Assembly (NCBI GenBank): GCA_937872895.1
Contig: CALMUP010000003.1
Span: forward strand, 72,170-136,169
Direction: 5' to 3'
Source: an uncultured Verrucomicrobiota bacterium
Lineage (GTDB): Bacteria > Verrucomicrobiota > Kiritimatiellia > CAIVKH01
DNA: 64,000 bases
Each line of letters begins with the position of its first letter. The first letter of the stretch is position 1. Positions 50,743 to 60,384 of the stretch are shown here, one piece after another. A program made the position numbers and the translations under genes. The notes under the pieces were generated by a model. It saw only the letters and a list, made by a program, of their open reading frames with translations. It was not told the DNA's origin and did not search any database.

Positions 50743-51828
50743 ATGAACATCCTGTTGTCCGGCTTGAGCAACGACCGAGTGGAGCTGAACCTGGCCCGCG
50801 CCTTGATGGATGCGGGAGTGAACCTCTCCATCATCGCCTCCAGTGGCAGCCCGGCCGAAACCCTGGCCCGTGAACGCGGCGCTCTCGCAGCCACGCATGA
50901 CTTCAGCAGCCGGATCGACCGGAACGCCGTGCAGTTGTACCGGCAACTTGTGCCGGAACGAAAGATCAACCTGATCCACGCCCTGACCAACCGGGCCCTG
51001 TCGACCGCGCTCAGCGCCCAGCGCCGGCTGGATCCCGCGCCGCGCATCGTCGCCTACCGGGGCACGATGGGCCATCTCAGCCGACTCGATCCGGCTTCGC
51101 ATTTTTCCTACCTGAACCGGCGGGTGGATTGCATCATCTGTGTGTCCGACGCGGTGCGCCGCTACCTGAAAACCTTCCGCATCCCCGACGATCGGCTCGC
51201 GGTAATATGGAAGGGGCATGATCCGTCGTGGTACCGGTCCGCACCGCGATCCATCCTGCGCGAATGGAACATTCCGGACGGCTCGACGGTGGTGAACTTC
51301 ACCGGCAACATCCGCCCGGTGAAGGGCGTGGATTACCTGCTCGACGCGTTCGAGGGCATCGACCCCGCGGAGAACATCCACCTGCTGGTGGTCGGGGAGG
51401 TGCGCGATCCGTCGATCCGCCAACGCATGGGCCGCCACCCGCACGTACATTTCACCGGCTTCCGCAACGAAGCCACCGCCCTGGTCGGGGCGTGCGACCT
51501 TGCGGTCATGCCCTCGATCGAACGCGAAGGCCTGCCCAAGGCGGTGTCGGAAGCGATGGCCCAGCAGGTCCCCTGCGTGGTGTCGGACGTCGGCGGCCTG
51601 CCCGAGCTGGTCGAGAACGGCGTGAGCGGCATCGTGATTCCGCCGCGCGATGCCGCGGCGATCCGCGACGCGGTTCGGGCCCTCGCCGCGGACCCGGAGC
51701 GACGCCGCACGATGGGCCGGGCCGCCCGGGCCCGGGTCGAAGGCGTGTTCAACTTCCGCCACACCGTGGAGAAAACGCGCGCGGTGTACGAACGGCTTCT
51801 CGCACCGCACCACGCCTCCGCCCGTTGA
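50743..51828 (+). CDS. Glycosyltransferase family 4 (GT-B, retaining) protein
   Basis: C-terminal EGLPKAVSEAMAQQVPCVVSDVGGLPELVENGVSGIVI matches the GT4 EX7E region. Confidence 0.85.
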   Translation: MNILLSGLSNDRVELNLARALMDAGVNLSIIASSGSPAETLARERGALAATHDFSSRIDRNAVQLYRQLVPERKINLIHALTNRALSTALSAQRRLDPAPRIVAYRGTMGHLSRLDPASHFSYLNRRVDCIICVSDAVRRYLKTFRIPDDRLAVIWKGHDPSWYRSAPRSILREWNIPDGSTVVNFTGNIRPVKGVDYLLDAFEGIDPAENIHLLVVGEVRDPSIRQRMGRHPHVHFTGFRNEATALVGACDLAVMPSIEREGLPKAVSEAMAQQVPCVVSDVGGLPELVENGVSGIVIPPRDAAAIRDAVRALAADPERRRTMGRAARARVEGVFNFRHTVEKTRAVYERLLAPHHASAR

Positions 51829-51847
51829 GCGCACGCGAACGCGGGCG

Positions 51848-52669
51848 TCAGCGGTAGCCGTAGCATCGCAGCTCGTCGTCCATCACCGCGTTCAGGGTGG
51901 CCACCTCATCTGCGGTGAACGCCTTTTCCCACTTGTCGTTGCGGTCCTCGATGCTGCAACTGGCCGCACGGCGCGCCTCTTCGCTCCAGTCGAGCCCGCA
52001 GAACGCGGCGGTGCGGTCGAGGAAGGCGACCGGATCGCGGGTGAAGTCCTCGTAGCGCAGTTCGAGAAACTGGTCGGCGGGAAGGGCCAGGCCGACCTCG
52101 CGCACGTAGCGCACCACGGCGCGCCACTGGTGCGCGACGGAGGCGACGGGCTCGGCCTTCTCCCAGTCGCGCCACCCTTCCGGCTTCACATCCCACCAGC
52201 GCCGGGGGTTGCCGGCACGCTGGCGTCGTTCGAGCACCGAGCGGCAGACCGCGCGGCCGTCGCGCACGAGGTGGATGAACAGCGCGTCGGGAAAGATCGC
52301 GCGCAGGAAATCCATGCGCATCCCGTTGCGCGGACACTTGGAGATAAAGCGCGGCCGGTCATACAGGCGCAACACGTTTGCCACTGCGGTGGTGTAGTAG
52401 CGGCGGCTGGCCAGGGTGACGTCGCTGGCGCGCAGGATGTCGGTGTCGCCGGTGACAAATGTATCCCACATCGTGCCCGCCTCGCCGGGCTTGTGGTCGC
52501 GCACGAACAGCGCCATCAACTTCAACGCCGGGTAGCAGGTCGGGGCCTTGCGGGTGAGGTGGGTGGTGGTCGCCAGCGCCGGATGCTCGGCCATGACACG
52601 GTGCAGCGCGGTGCTCCCGCTGCGCGGCATGCCCACGATGAAGATGGGGCGATCGATGGGGCTCATGCG
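51848..52669 (-). CDS. PAPS-dependent sulfotransferase family protein
   Basis: 5'-PSB motif IVGMPRSGSTALH near the N-terminus and 3'-PB-like region (RDGRAVCRS). Real ATG at 52669. The track ORF extending to 53026 is rejected. Confidence 0.75.
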   Translation of the reverse strand, partial: RMSPIDRPIFIVGMPRSGSTALHRVMAEHPALATTTHLTRKAPTCYPALKLMALFVRDHKPGEAGTMWDTFVTGDTDILRASDVTLASRRYYTTAVANVLRLYDRPRFISKCPRNGMRMDFLRAIFPDALFIHLVRDGRAVCRSVLERRQRAGNPRRWWDVKPEGWRDWEKAEPVASVAHQWRAVVRYVREVGLALPADQFLELRYEDFTRDPVAFLDRTAAFCGLDWSEEARRAASCSIEDRNDKWEKAFTADEVATLNAVMDDELRCYGYR

Positions 52670-54852
52670 ATGTCCAGGAAGTAGCATGGTTTGGCGTCGA
52701 GGGTGATGCCGGTTGAGCGGGCAAGTTCGCGCCCGTCGCGGTCGAGGATGGCCGCGCAACGGAATGGCGGGGTGAAGTACACCGGTTTCGGATGGGCCCA
52801 GGCGAGGGCGAAGCCGCGGCCGTCGGCCCCGCGGAAACGCAACAGCCAGACCCCGTCCGGCGAGGCCATCTTCTCGAGGAACACGGCGCGGCCGGCGTGG
52901 CGGACGAGGTTGACCAGGGCGGCGTGGGCGGGCCGCGCGCGCCAGGGCGTCGCATGGTTGTCGACCAGGCCGAACCCGTGGGCGGCCAGCCGCCACCAGT
53001 ACACGGCATCGACCAGCCCGGAGCAAAGGGCGAGCGCGAGGTAGCGGACGAGGTAGTTCGCATAGGCCTGTTCATCGACGCTCGGATCGTTGGCGTGGGA
53101 ACCGGGGATGATGTAGGGCGAGTTGACCGGCGAAAACGGGCCGGTGCCGAGGATCGGCCAGTTGACCTCGGACACGATGAGCCGGTCGCCGCGCACGGCC
53201 GGACTCCACGCGGCAATGGCCTTTGCAAGCGCGAACTTCTCGACCGCGGAGAACGGTCCCTGCCGGTTTTCCGGCGCACCGCGGCGATCCACGTAGAGGT
53301 GGTGGGACAGGGCATCGAATAAACCTTCACGCGGTAGCTGGTCGAGCAGCCCGGCGAGGGTGTGGTACTCGAAGTCGATCGCCGCCGGCCCGGACAGCGA
53401 CAGGTTCAGCGCGCGGGCGCGCTCGATCACCGGATCGAGCAGGCGACGGTATTCGCGCACATCCCACACCCCCCACTTCACGCGATTGACGGCGTGGCCT
53501 ACCTCGACCACATCAGCCAGCCCGGAGAGCGCGGGCAGGTTCCGGTCGAGAAAGGCGCACCACACCGCCGGGTCGCGCACCGCAGCGCGGTCCTGGACCA
53601 GCGCGGCCATGACCCGGTGGCCGAGGCCGTGCAGGTGCCGTGCCTCGGCAAGGGCGGCCTCGTTCACCGCATCCCTTTCGTGCCGGTACAGACGCACCAG
53701 CACGGGCACACGACCGATGGCCTCGAGCCACGGACGCTCCGACGCCTCCGCGCCGGGAGCGGTGCCGATGGCGACGCCGATGCGGTGCTCGAGGGCGACT
53801 TCGCGCCGGAAGGCTGCATCGCGCAGGTCGCGGTAGCGCGACCAGACCGGACCAAGCGCCTTGAACAGGCCGCGCGCGACATAAAAATTATTGGCCGCGG
53901 GATAATAGGCATGGCGTTCACGGCTGAGCATGGTGCTCACCGCCTGGACCGACCGGTCGTCCCACACCCACAACTCGCGGCCGCGCGGCACCTCCGGCAG
54001 CAGCGCATCCTTCTTGCGCTGGCGCGCCTCGCGGATCGGATGGCGGTAGCGGCGCGACGCAGTGTGCAAGGCGAAGCGACGGCGGTAGCGGGCCTCCAGC
54101 TCGCTGAAGGCGCGCGGCGGGTGTTGGTGGCGGAAGTACATGCACTTGAAGACGCGGAAGAAATCGGAGGGCAGGTCGATGCGCGACAGGTCGCGCGCCC
54201 GCTGGTCGAGGGTCAGTTCGTCGGCGAGCTGCGCGCGGTTGAGGTCGATGAAGCGGACATCCTTCCACGCATCCGGTCCGTCGCGGCGCAGCAGGATGTT
54301 CTGGTTGCCGAGGTCGCGGTGGCAGACCCCCGCATCATGCAGGTCGGCGACAGCAAGGGCCACCGTTTCCATCAGCTCCATGATACGTCGACACAACGGG
54401 TCCTCACGGTACAACCGGTTCAGTTCGTCGCGGAAACTGGTGATCCCCTCCTCGTACGCACAGAGATAATACGAGGCAAGCAGGCGACCGCCTTCCCATC
54501 GATCAAGGTAGGCAATCGGCTTCGGGGTGCCCACGCCGCGTTGGTCGAGCCGGACTGCCGTGTCAAAGGATCGCCGGGCCTTCGAGCCGCGGCGGGCGAA
54601 ATCGCGGTCGCGCCACCATGACCCCCGCGCAAAGGATTTGATGGCCACGGAAACCGGCACGCCGCCGATGGTGATGGTGTGGGTCGCAAGCGCGTGGCGG
54701 CCAAGCGATGCCAGACCGTCGCCTGCGGCAAGCCAATCGGAAACCTGCTCCAGCGCGGCCTGCTCTTCCGGACGCCATGTCCAGCCGGCATAAAGCGCGC
54801 CCGTGAGGGGGCTGGAGCGATACGGAATGACAGGCATGGGCAAACAGTACAA
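52663..54852 (-). CDS. Two-domain protein: N-terminal LPS-kinase (Kdo/WaaP) fold domain fused to approx 450-aa C-terminal domain of unknown function
   Basis: Catalytic loop VCHRDLGNQNILL and DLNRA (DFG-equivalent) at approx 170-210. C-terminal half has no recognised motifs, with only a weak TIM-barrel glycosidase-like feel (IVSEVNWP). 7-nt overlap with the sulfotransferase start. Confidence 0.6.
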   Translation of the reverse strand: MYCLPMPVIPYRSSPLTGALYAGWTWRPEEQAALEQVSDWLAAGDGLASLGRHALATHTITIGGVPVSVAIKSFARGSWWRDRDFARRGSKARRSFDTAVRLDQRGVGTPKPIAYLDRWEGGRLLASYYLCAYEEGITSFRDELNRLYREDPLCRRIMELMETVALAVADLHDAGVCHRDLGNQNILLRRDGPDAWKDVRFIDLNRAQLADELTLDQRARDLSRIDLPSDFFRVFKCMYFRHQHPPRAFSELEARYRRRFALHTASRRYRHPIREARQRKKDALLPEVPRGRELWVWDDRSVQAVSTMLSRERHAYYPAANNFYVARGLFKALGPVWSRYRDLRDAAFRREVALEHRIGVAIGTAPGAEASERPWLEAIGRVPVLVRLYRHERDAVNEAALAEARHLHGLGHRVMAALVQDRAAVRDPAVWCAFLDRNLPALSGLADVVEVGHAVNRVKWGVWDVREYRRLLDPVIERARALNLSLSGPAAIDFEYHTLAGLLDQLPREGLFDALSHHLYVDRRGAPENRQGPFSAVEKFALAKAIAAWSPAVRGDRLIVSEVNWPILGTGPFSPVNSPYIIPGSHANDPSVDEQAYANYLVRYLALALCSGLVDAVYWWRLAAHGFGLVDNHATPWRARPAHAALVNLVRHAGRAVFLEKMASPDGVWLLRFRGADGRGFALAWAHPKPVYFTPPFRCAAILDRDGRELARSTGITLDAKPCYFLDIA

Positions 54853-54986
54853 ACCGGCTTGTAGCCAATCAATCCCGAAGACGCATCCATCTCAAGCGCC
54901 TCGCCGAGGCCGGATCCCCCCTGATACCGGCCTGACAATTGCCCTTGCTATCCGGATTGGTGCAGGGATAGGTTCTGTCCGTTTCC

Positions 54987-55892
54987 ATGAAGATCAGTGG
55001 CTTTTCATTCTGCCGCAATGCGGCGAAATTGTACTACCCGGTGGCGGAATCCATCCGGTCGGTCCTGCCTATCTGCGATGAATTCATTGTGGCGGTCGGC
55101 AAGGGTGACCCGGACGACGCCACCCGCGAAGTGATCGAGGCGATCGGCGATCCGAAGATCCGGATCATCGACACCGAGTGGACCGACCGGGAGAAGCTGC
55201 AAGGTTGGATCCACAGCCAGCAGACCAACATCGCGCTGAACGCCTGTTCGGGCGACTGGTGCCTTTATGTCCAGTCGGACGAGGTCGTGCATGAGAAGGA
55301 CCTGCCGCTGATCCAACAACGGGCTGCCGCGCTGATGGATGACCGGCGGGTGGAGGGATTGGCCTTCCGCTACCTGCATTTCTGGGGCGACTACAGCCAC
55401 GTTCACCGCAGCCATGCCTGGTATCCTACCGAGATCCGCATGATCCGCAACGGCATGGGCATCCAGTCCTTCCGATCCGCGCAATCGTTTCGCCGCAACG
55501 GCAAGCGGTTGCGTGGCGTGGATGTCGGCGCCGATATGTTCCACTACGGTTGGGTCCGCCCACCGCGCCTGATGCGGGTGAAAAGCTACGAGATGATCCA
55601 CACCCACCACGGCAAACAACGCGCCGAGGAGCTGCACGGCCAGTCGGCCGGTGTCTTCAACTATGGGTCGCTGGCGCAGATACCGCGCTTTGCCGGAACC
55701 CATCCGGCGGTGATGAAGGATTGGATCGCCCGGTTCGACTGGGGCGATCAACTCCAGTACGCGGGGCCATCGCCGGTGCGCCACCGCCATGACCAACCCA
55801 AGCAACGAATCCTGACCTGGATCGAACAGAACCTCTTGTTCGGCCGGATGCGCCTCGGCGCTAAACCGTTCCGCCGGGTGTGGGGCGCCTGA
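54987..55892 (+). CDS. GT-A-fold glycosyltransferase-like protein (family uncertain)
   Basis: N-terminal KISGFSFCRNAAKLYYPVAESIRSVLPICDEFIVAVGKGDPDD resembles nucleotide-diphospho-sugar transferase folds. No DxD motif clearly identified. Confidence 0.45.
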   Translation: MKISGFSFCRNAAKLYYPVAESIRSVLPICDEFIVAVGKGDPDDATREVIEAIGDPKIRIIDTEWTDREKLQGWIHSQQTNIALNACSGDWCLYVQSDEVVHEKDLPLIQQRAAALMDDRRVEGLAFRYLHFWGDYSHVHRSHAWYPTEIRMIRNGMGIQSFRSAQSFRRNGKRLRGVDVGADMFHYGWVRPPRLMRVKSYEMIHTHHGKQRAEELHGQSAGVFNYGSLAQIPRFAGTHPAVMKDWIARFDWGDQLQYAGPSPVRHRHDQPKQRILTWIEQNLLFGRMRLGAKPFRRVWGA

Positions 55893-55959
55893 CGGTCGCA
55901 ACGGCGTTCGCCCCCGGCGATCCGGAGGATTCTCGACTTGGCTCTCCCTCTGGCGTAAG

Positions 55960-56400
55960 GTGTTCGCCATGCATTCGATTATTCCCGATCTTCAATCCGC
56001 CATCCTGTGCGACGACGTGCGCCAGGAGCGCAACGGCAAATTCATCCTGATCGGCCTGTTCGACGCCATCATGATCCCGCAGCTTCCCGTCCGCTATCCG
56101 CGCCTGTTCATGGTCTCGCGGTGGTGCAGCGGCGAAGGGGAGTTCCTGCAGCATTCGCGCATCCTCGTTCCGGATATGAGCGCTTCACTGGTCGAGGGCC
56201 AGAAGATCCCGGTGCGCCTGCCCAACACCGAGGCCACCGCGACCAACGTCGAGGCGTTCCTCAACGTCGAGTTCCGCGAGGAGGGTCCGCACTGGGTGGA
56301 GATCCTGCTCGATGGCGATATCAAGATCCGCTACCCGCTGCGCGTCTCCATCGTCAAGCCGCCGCCGGGGCAGCCCCCCCAGGGCGACCTGCCGGCGTAA
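55960..56400 (+). CDS. Hypothetical protein
   Basis: 146-aa ORF with coding-like codon usage. No motifs recognised. Convergent with the large unknown gene. Confidence 0.4.
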   Translation: MFAMHSIIPDLQSAILCDDVRQERNGKFILIGLFDAIMIPQLPVRYPRLFMVSRWCSGEGEFLQHSRILVPDMSASLVEGQKIPVRLPNTEATATNVEAFLNVEFREEGPHWVEILLDGDIKIRYPLRVSIVKPPPGQPPQGDLPA

Positions 56401-56415
56401 GCGCGGCTTGTCCGA

Positions 56416-59400
56416 TCAGGCCGGTGGCGGCGCGAACAGGTCCGCACCGATCGTGCCTTCGAGCGCCTTCAGGCTGGCCGGCGTCTCGAGGTACAGCAAC
56501 CGGTTGGTCACTTCCTTGAGCTGATCGGCGATCTTCAAGCGTTCGGCTTCGGCTTCGTACTCCGAGAGCGTGAGGAAGTTGTCGAGCTCGCGGGCGATGG
56601 TCCGGTTGACCGCGAGTTCGCGCTCCTGCCGCTTGACCAGCCGTTGCTTGTACCACGGGCTGGCGAGGATCGAGGAGCGGGTGAATTGGGCGCGGATCGA
56701 AGGATCGTCCAATCCCTTCCCCTCGAAGTCGCCGCGGGCCATGATGTGCAGCAGCGCCTTGAGCGGCGGCACGGCGAGGTCGATCGAACCATCGAGGAAA
56801 TACTGCGCCGCGACCCACTGGTGGGCGGAGACGATGTTATCCATCGAATCGACGAAGACCTCGAGGTCCTGCAGTTCGGGCTTGAGCATGTCCGGCGCGA
56901 ACACCATGTCGGGTGTGGTGAAGATGCGGCCGCCATACACCTGCATGAAGCGCGGGGTGATGCGGTAGCCGAGGCGGCTGGCCAGCACGGTCTTGCCGTT
57001 GTGCTCGAAGTCGCGGCAGCGCTCGAGGCAGCCCTTCTCGATCAGGTCGGCGGCGGTGCGCTCCTTCGGGCGCATGCGGCTCCAGATCTCGGGCACGACC
57101 AGGCTGACGTCGTGGTCGACGCGGTAGTTCGGGCCGACATACCCGGCGGCGGTGATGAAGGCATCGCAGCCGCACAGGGCCAGCGACAGGAACGCATTGT
57201 TCAGGTCGTGGATCGGCAGCAGGGCGTTGAACGGGGCCTTGGTCAGCGCGCCCTCCGAACCGGCACCGGTAGTCGACGGCGACTTGCCGGTGATGCTGGC
57301 GATGAACTCCATCAGCAGCTCGGGCAGCTCCATGTAATGCACCGGGTTGAACACGCAGAGCGGGCGCACGCCGGTATCTGGCGGATTGTTGCGGCGGCCC
57401 GGCAGCACGGCATGGACCGGGGCGGGCACCGCCTTGTCGGTGGTCATGCGGCGGTACAGGCGCGCACCGACCTCGGCGAGGTAGCGCTGGCGCGGATTCT
57501 CGAGGTCCGGGCGGACCTGGAGGTAGCGCGGATTCTTGGTCGGCTTGCCGTCCACGATGCGCGGGTGAGCGGGCGAGACGATGTAATCGGGATGTCCCTT
57601 CGCGAGGTGCTTGTGGAACATCCGCTGCACCGGTTCCGAATACTGGCCGAAGCGGATCGCGTCCTCGACGATGTCGTTGGCCTGCTTGCGGTCGAGCGGC
57701 TCGTAGTTGCAGAAGAAGTTGCCGGGCCTGGCCATGTCGGCCTCGGTCTTGATGTCGTACCCGCGCACGATGGCGTCGTCGGGCCGCTGGAAGAACTTGT
57801 TCTCGCAGTTCACCACGAACTTCGCCGACGGGAAGTTGAACTCCGGATCGACCTTCTCGATCACACTGCGCGGCACGGTGACCGAGGCGGTGATATCGTC
57901 CTCAGTGGAGATCTTGTTCGCCGGGATGAAATCCTTGCGCACACCGAAGATCCGCCACGATCCGTCGCCGTTGTAGCCGACGCGGACGTACCGGGTGTTG
58001 ATCTTGTTCTTGCGGTAGCGCAGTTCGTTGCCGGGATTGCCGTTGATCACGTCCACGCTGAACCGGCTGCGCCAGTCATCGCCCCAGTCCGGCTTGTAGT
58101 ACCGCTTCACGACGAACACCAGGTCCTTGATGTACTGCGGGATGCGGTGGAGCCAGGCGTTGTATTCGTCGGTGTAATCCTCCGACGGCGTAAGCAGTTT
58201 GATGACCGATCCGAGGGTGCGCTCGGGGCTCAGCAGGGCGCGGCCCTTGCGGTTTGGCGGGGACGACTTGAACCGGTCGAAGTAGTCCTTCTTGATGATC
58301 TCATCGACCAGGTCGAAGTCCTTCTTCATGTCGGCCACGAACACCGGACCGTCGATCATCGCATCGGAGATCGGCTTGGAGATCTCCGACTTGCCGCCGC
58401 CCGACACGGTGCAGGGCTTGTGGCAGAGCGTACCCTCGGCGGGCTCGCCATAGAGGCGCCAGCGGCTGCCGCGGGCCGGCTTGAGCATGCCGATCTTGTA
58501 GCCGGACGGCAGGACGTAGACCTGGTCGGGCAGCAGCTTGATCTCCTGCTGCCTGCCGTTGCGTTTCCAGGAGACCGACTGGGTGTCGAGCTTGATGTGC
58601 ACGTTCTCGGGCACGTAGATGATCGACGGGTATTTCCGGTCGATGCCGTAGCCTTCCGGCTTCACCTCCATCACGTCGGAGAACAGGCGGCTGATCTCGG
58701 CGAAGGTCTGGCCCTTCTCCGGAATCATGCTGTTCATCGAGAAGTCCTCGCCGAGGTCGTAGCGCGGGAACACGAAGGCGCCGCCGGCATGCTCCTCCTC
58801 GACGAGTCCGTAGAGGTTCGCGGCATAGCTGATCTGGGTCTTCACTTCCTTCTTGCAGTAGCCGAAGTAGTTGTCGGCGATGACGGTGACGATCACGCCT
58901 CGCTCATCGCGCGCGGTGATCTTGAACGCCGAGCCGTCGTTGTAGATCTCGTCGGGCTTGTCCCAGCACATGCCGTCGCGCTTCTGGCGTTCGGTGGCCT
59001 GGTTGCGAGCCGGCAGGCCGAGCTCCTTCTTGGTCAACCGCGTCAGGTGCGGGGCGAGGATCACGCAGCCGGTGTGGCCGCTCCAGTGCTCGGCATCCAG
59101 CGCGGCATTGTTCTCGGGCAGGTACGGGTCACCGCCGTTGCCGAAGATCGATTCGATGAAGTCGAGGTTGGCAATCATGCTGCCGGGGACGAAGAACCGA
59201 ATTTCCATCCGCTTTTCCGGCGTAAATCCGGGCACTTCCGGGCAGACGACCGGACGGAGCAGCAACGAAACGATCGTCTCCGCCTTGGCCTCCTGGGCCT
59301 CGGTGAAGGGCAGGCGCTGCAACGACGGCGGCGGATTGACGGCATGGTAGAGCAGGCGGCCGAAGACGTCCTTCGGCACCGCCTTCTTGTCGTCGGCCAC

Positions 59401-59844
59401 CGGCAGGCCACCCTCGGCGACGTGGAACACGCCCTGGGTGGTGCGCCGGTCATTCACCGGGTTATGCAACACCCCGTTGGCCAGGCGGTAGCTGCGCATG
59501 ATCTCGGACGCATAGGCATCGGCATTCGGCGGCAGGGACAACATCCGGGCCAGGCCGGGACGGTCGAGCACGAAGGTCCGGGCGGGCAGGCGGAACGGCA
59601 TGTCCACATCGACTTCACCGATGTAGTCGTAAAGGAAGTTCTGGATCCGGCGGTCGGCCGGGCACAGGTAATCGGACAACAGCCGCGATTGCTCCTGGTA
59701 GTTTGCCAGCAATGATTTGCTGAGCGAGATGAACGGGAACTGTTCGGGTTGGCCGAAGATCGGGCACCCCAGCGCAGCCAACTTCAAGTTGATGTACTCG
59801 ATCACGATCCGCTCGTCGGCGGGCATCTTTTCCAAGCTGTTCAT
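56416..59844 (-). CDS. Large (1142 aa) uncharacterised cytoplasmic protein; candidate PPi-dependent PEP carboxykinase-like enzyme (hypothesis only)
   Basis: Uninterrupted 3.4-kb ORF with genome-typical codon usage. No signal peptide or TM helices. Gly-rich loop TVSGGGKSEISKP. Size matches the approx 1130-1150-aa PPi-PEPCK family but I could not verify diagnostic motifs. Confidence 0.7.
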   Translation of the reverse strand: MNSLEKMPADERIVIEYINLKLAALGCPIFGQPEQFPFISLSKSLLANYQEQSRLLSDYLCPADRRIQNFLYDYIGEVDVDMPFRLPARTFVLDRPGLARMLSLPPNADAYASEIMRSYRLANGVLHNPVNDRRTTQGVFHVAEGGLPVADDKKAVPKDVFGRLLYHAVNPPPSLQRLPFTEAQEAKAETIVSLLLRPVVCPEVPGFTPEKRMEIRFFVPGSMIANLDFIESIFGNGGDPYLPENNAALDAEHWSGHTGCVILAPHLTRLTKKELGLPARNQATERQKRDGMCWDKPDEIYNDGSAFKITARDERGVIVTVIADNYFGYCKKEVKTQISYAANLYGLVEEEHAGGAFVFPRYDLGEDFSMNSMIPEKGQTFAEISRLFSDVMEVKPEGYGIDRKYPSIIYVPENVHIKLDTQSVSWKRNGRQQEIKLLPDQVYVLPSGYKIGMLKPARGSRWRLYGEPAEGTLCHKPCTVSGGGKSEISKPISDAMIDGPVFVADMKKDFDLVDEIIKKDYFDRFKSSPPNRKGRALLSPERTLGSVIKLLTPSEDYTDEYNAWLHRIPQYIKDLVFVVKRYYKPDWGDDWRSRFSVDVINGNPGNELRYRKNKINTRYVRVGYNGDGSWRIFGVRKDFIPANKISTEDDITASVTVPRSVIEKVDPEFNFPSAKFVVNCENKFFQRPDDAIVRGYDIKTEADMARPGNFFCNYEPLDRKQANDIVEDAIRFGQYSEPVQRMFHKHLAKGHPDYIVSPAHPRIVDGKPTKNPRYLQVRPDLENPRQRYLAEVGARLYRRMTTDKAVPAPVHAVLPGRRNNPPDTGVRPLCVFNPVHYMELPELLMEFIASITGKSPSTTGAGSEGALTKAPFNALLPIHDLNNAFLSLALCGCDAFITAAGYVGPNYRVDHDVSLVVPEIWSRMRPKERTAADLIEKGCLERCRDFEHNGKTVLASRLGYRITPRFMQVYGGRIFTTPDMVFAPDMLKPELQDLEVFVDSMDNIVSAHQWVAAQYFLDGSIDLAVPPLKALLHIMARGDFEGKGLDDPSIRAQFTRSSILASPWYKQRLVKRQERELAVNRTIARELDNFLTLSEYEAEAERLKIADQLKEVTNRLLYLETPASLKALEGTIGADLFAPPPA

Positions 59845-60015
59845 GGGCTTTTTCCTCGTTTATCTGGGCCCCATCATACCGGGGCACCGGGGCAGGGCAA
59901 TCGATTCCCTGTTCAATGTGTATTAGGCGATCATGGCAAAGTCGCCGCCCCGCGGCTATCGGGGAAACCACGAACGGCACCCCCGCTCGTACCTTGTCGC
60001 ACCGGCGGGATCCGG

Positions 60016-60282
60016 TCACGGCGCGGATACGTCGGGCGAGGTCGCCGGCTTGTGCGGCCGCACCGCTTCGCCCACCTTGCGGGCGGCCGCAGCAGGGAGG
60101 TTTTTGGTGATCTCGGACTCCCCGCCGCCAAAGCTCATCTCGAACAGGCTGGAGGGCTGCCCTGACGGGTCGTCAGACGGGTTGTAGGCGTCGTAGTCGA
60201 TCGACCCGGTTTCGCCCGACGGCGTGCCGCAGCCGGCGAGCAGCAGCGAGGCGGTTACCAGGGCATACAGGTGGTGGCGCAT
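60016..60282 (-). CDS. Small hypothetical lipoprotein (88 aa)
   Basis: MRHHLYALVTASLLLAGCG lipobox. Divergent from htrA. It is the in-frame tail of track ORF 60016..60747, whose upstream part is antisense to htrA. Confidence 0.4.
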   Translation of the reverse strand: MRHHLYALVTASLLLAGCGTPSGETGSIDYDAYNPSDDPSGQPSSLFEMSFGGGESEITKNLPAAAARKVGEAVRPHKPATSPDVSAP

Positions 60283-60384
60283 GGTGTCACTATACCCGCC
60301 ATCCCCACGCGGGGAAAGGCGGAAACATCCTGTCGTTGCCGGAACGTGAACATTGGCGTAGGGTTTTGCGTCTATCCGGTCACC

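Noticed and set aside
51848-53026. Extended 392-aa version of the sulfotransferase ORF, and the 371-aa version of the amidohydrolase ORF at 48649..49764
   Set aside because: The N-terminal extensions are Arg/Pro-rich and overlap upstream genes. Conserved family N-termini (MSPIDRPIFIVGMPRSGS; MTNPLQLVITCEHAG) mark the real starts, each giving canonical 4-7-nt gene overlaps.
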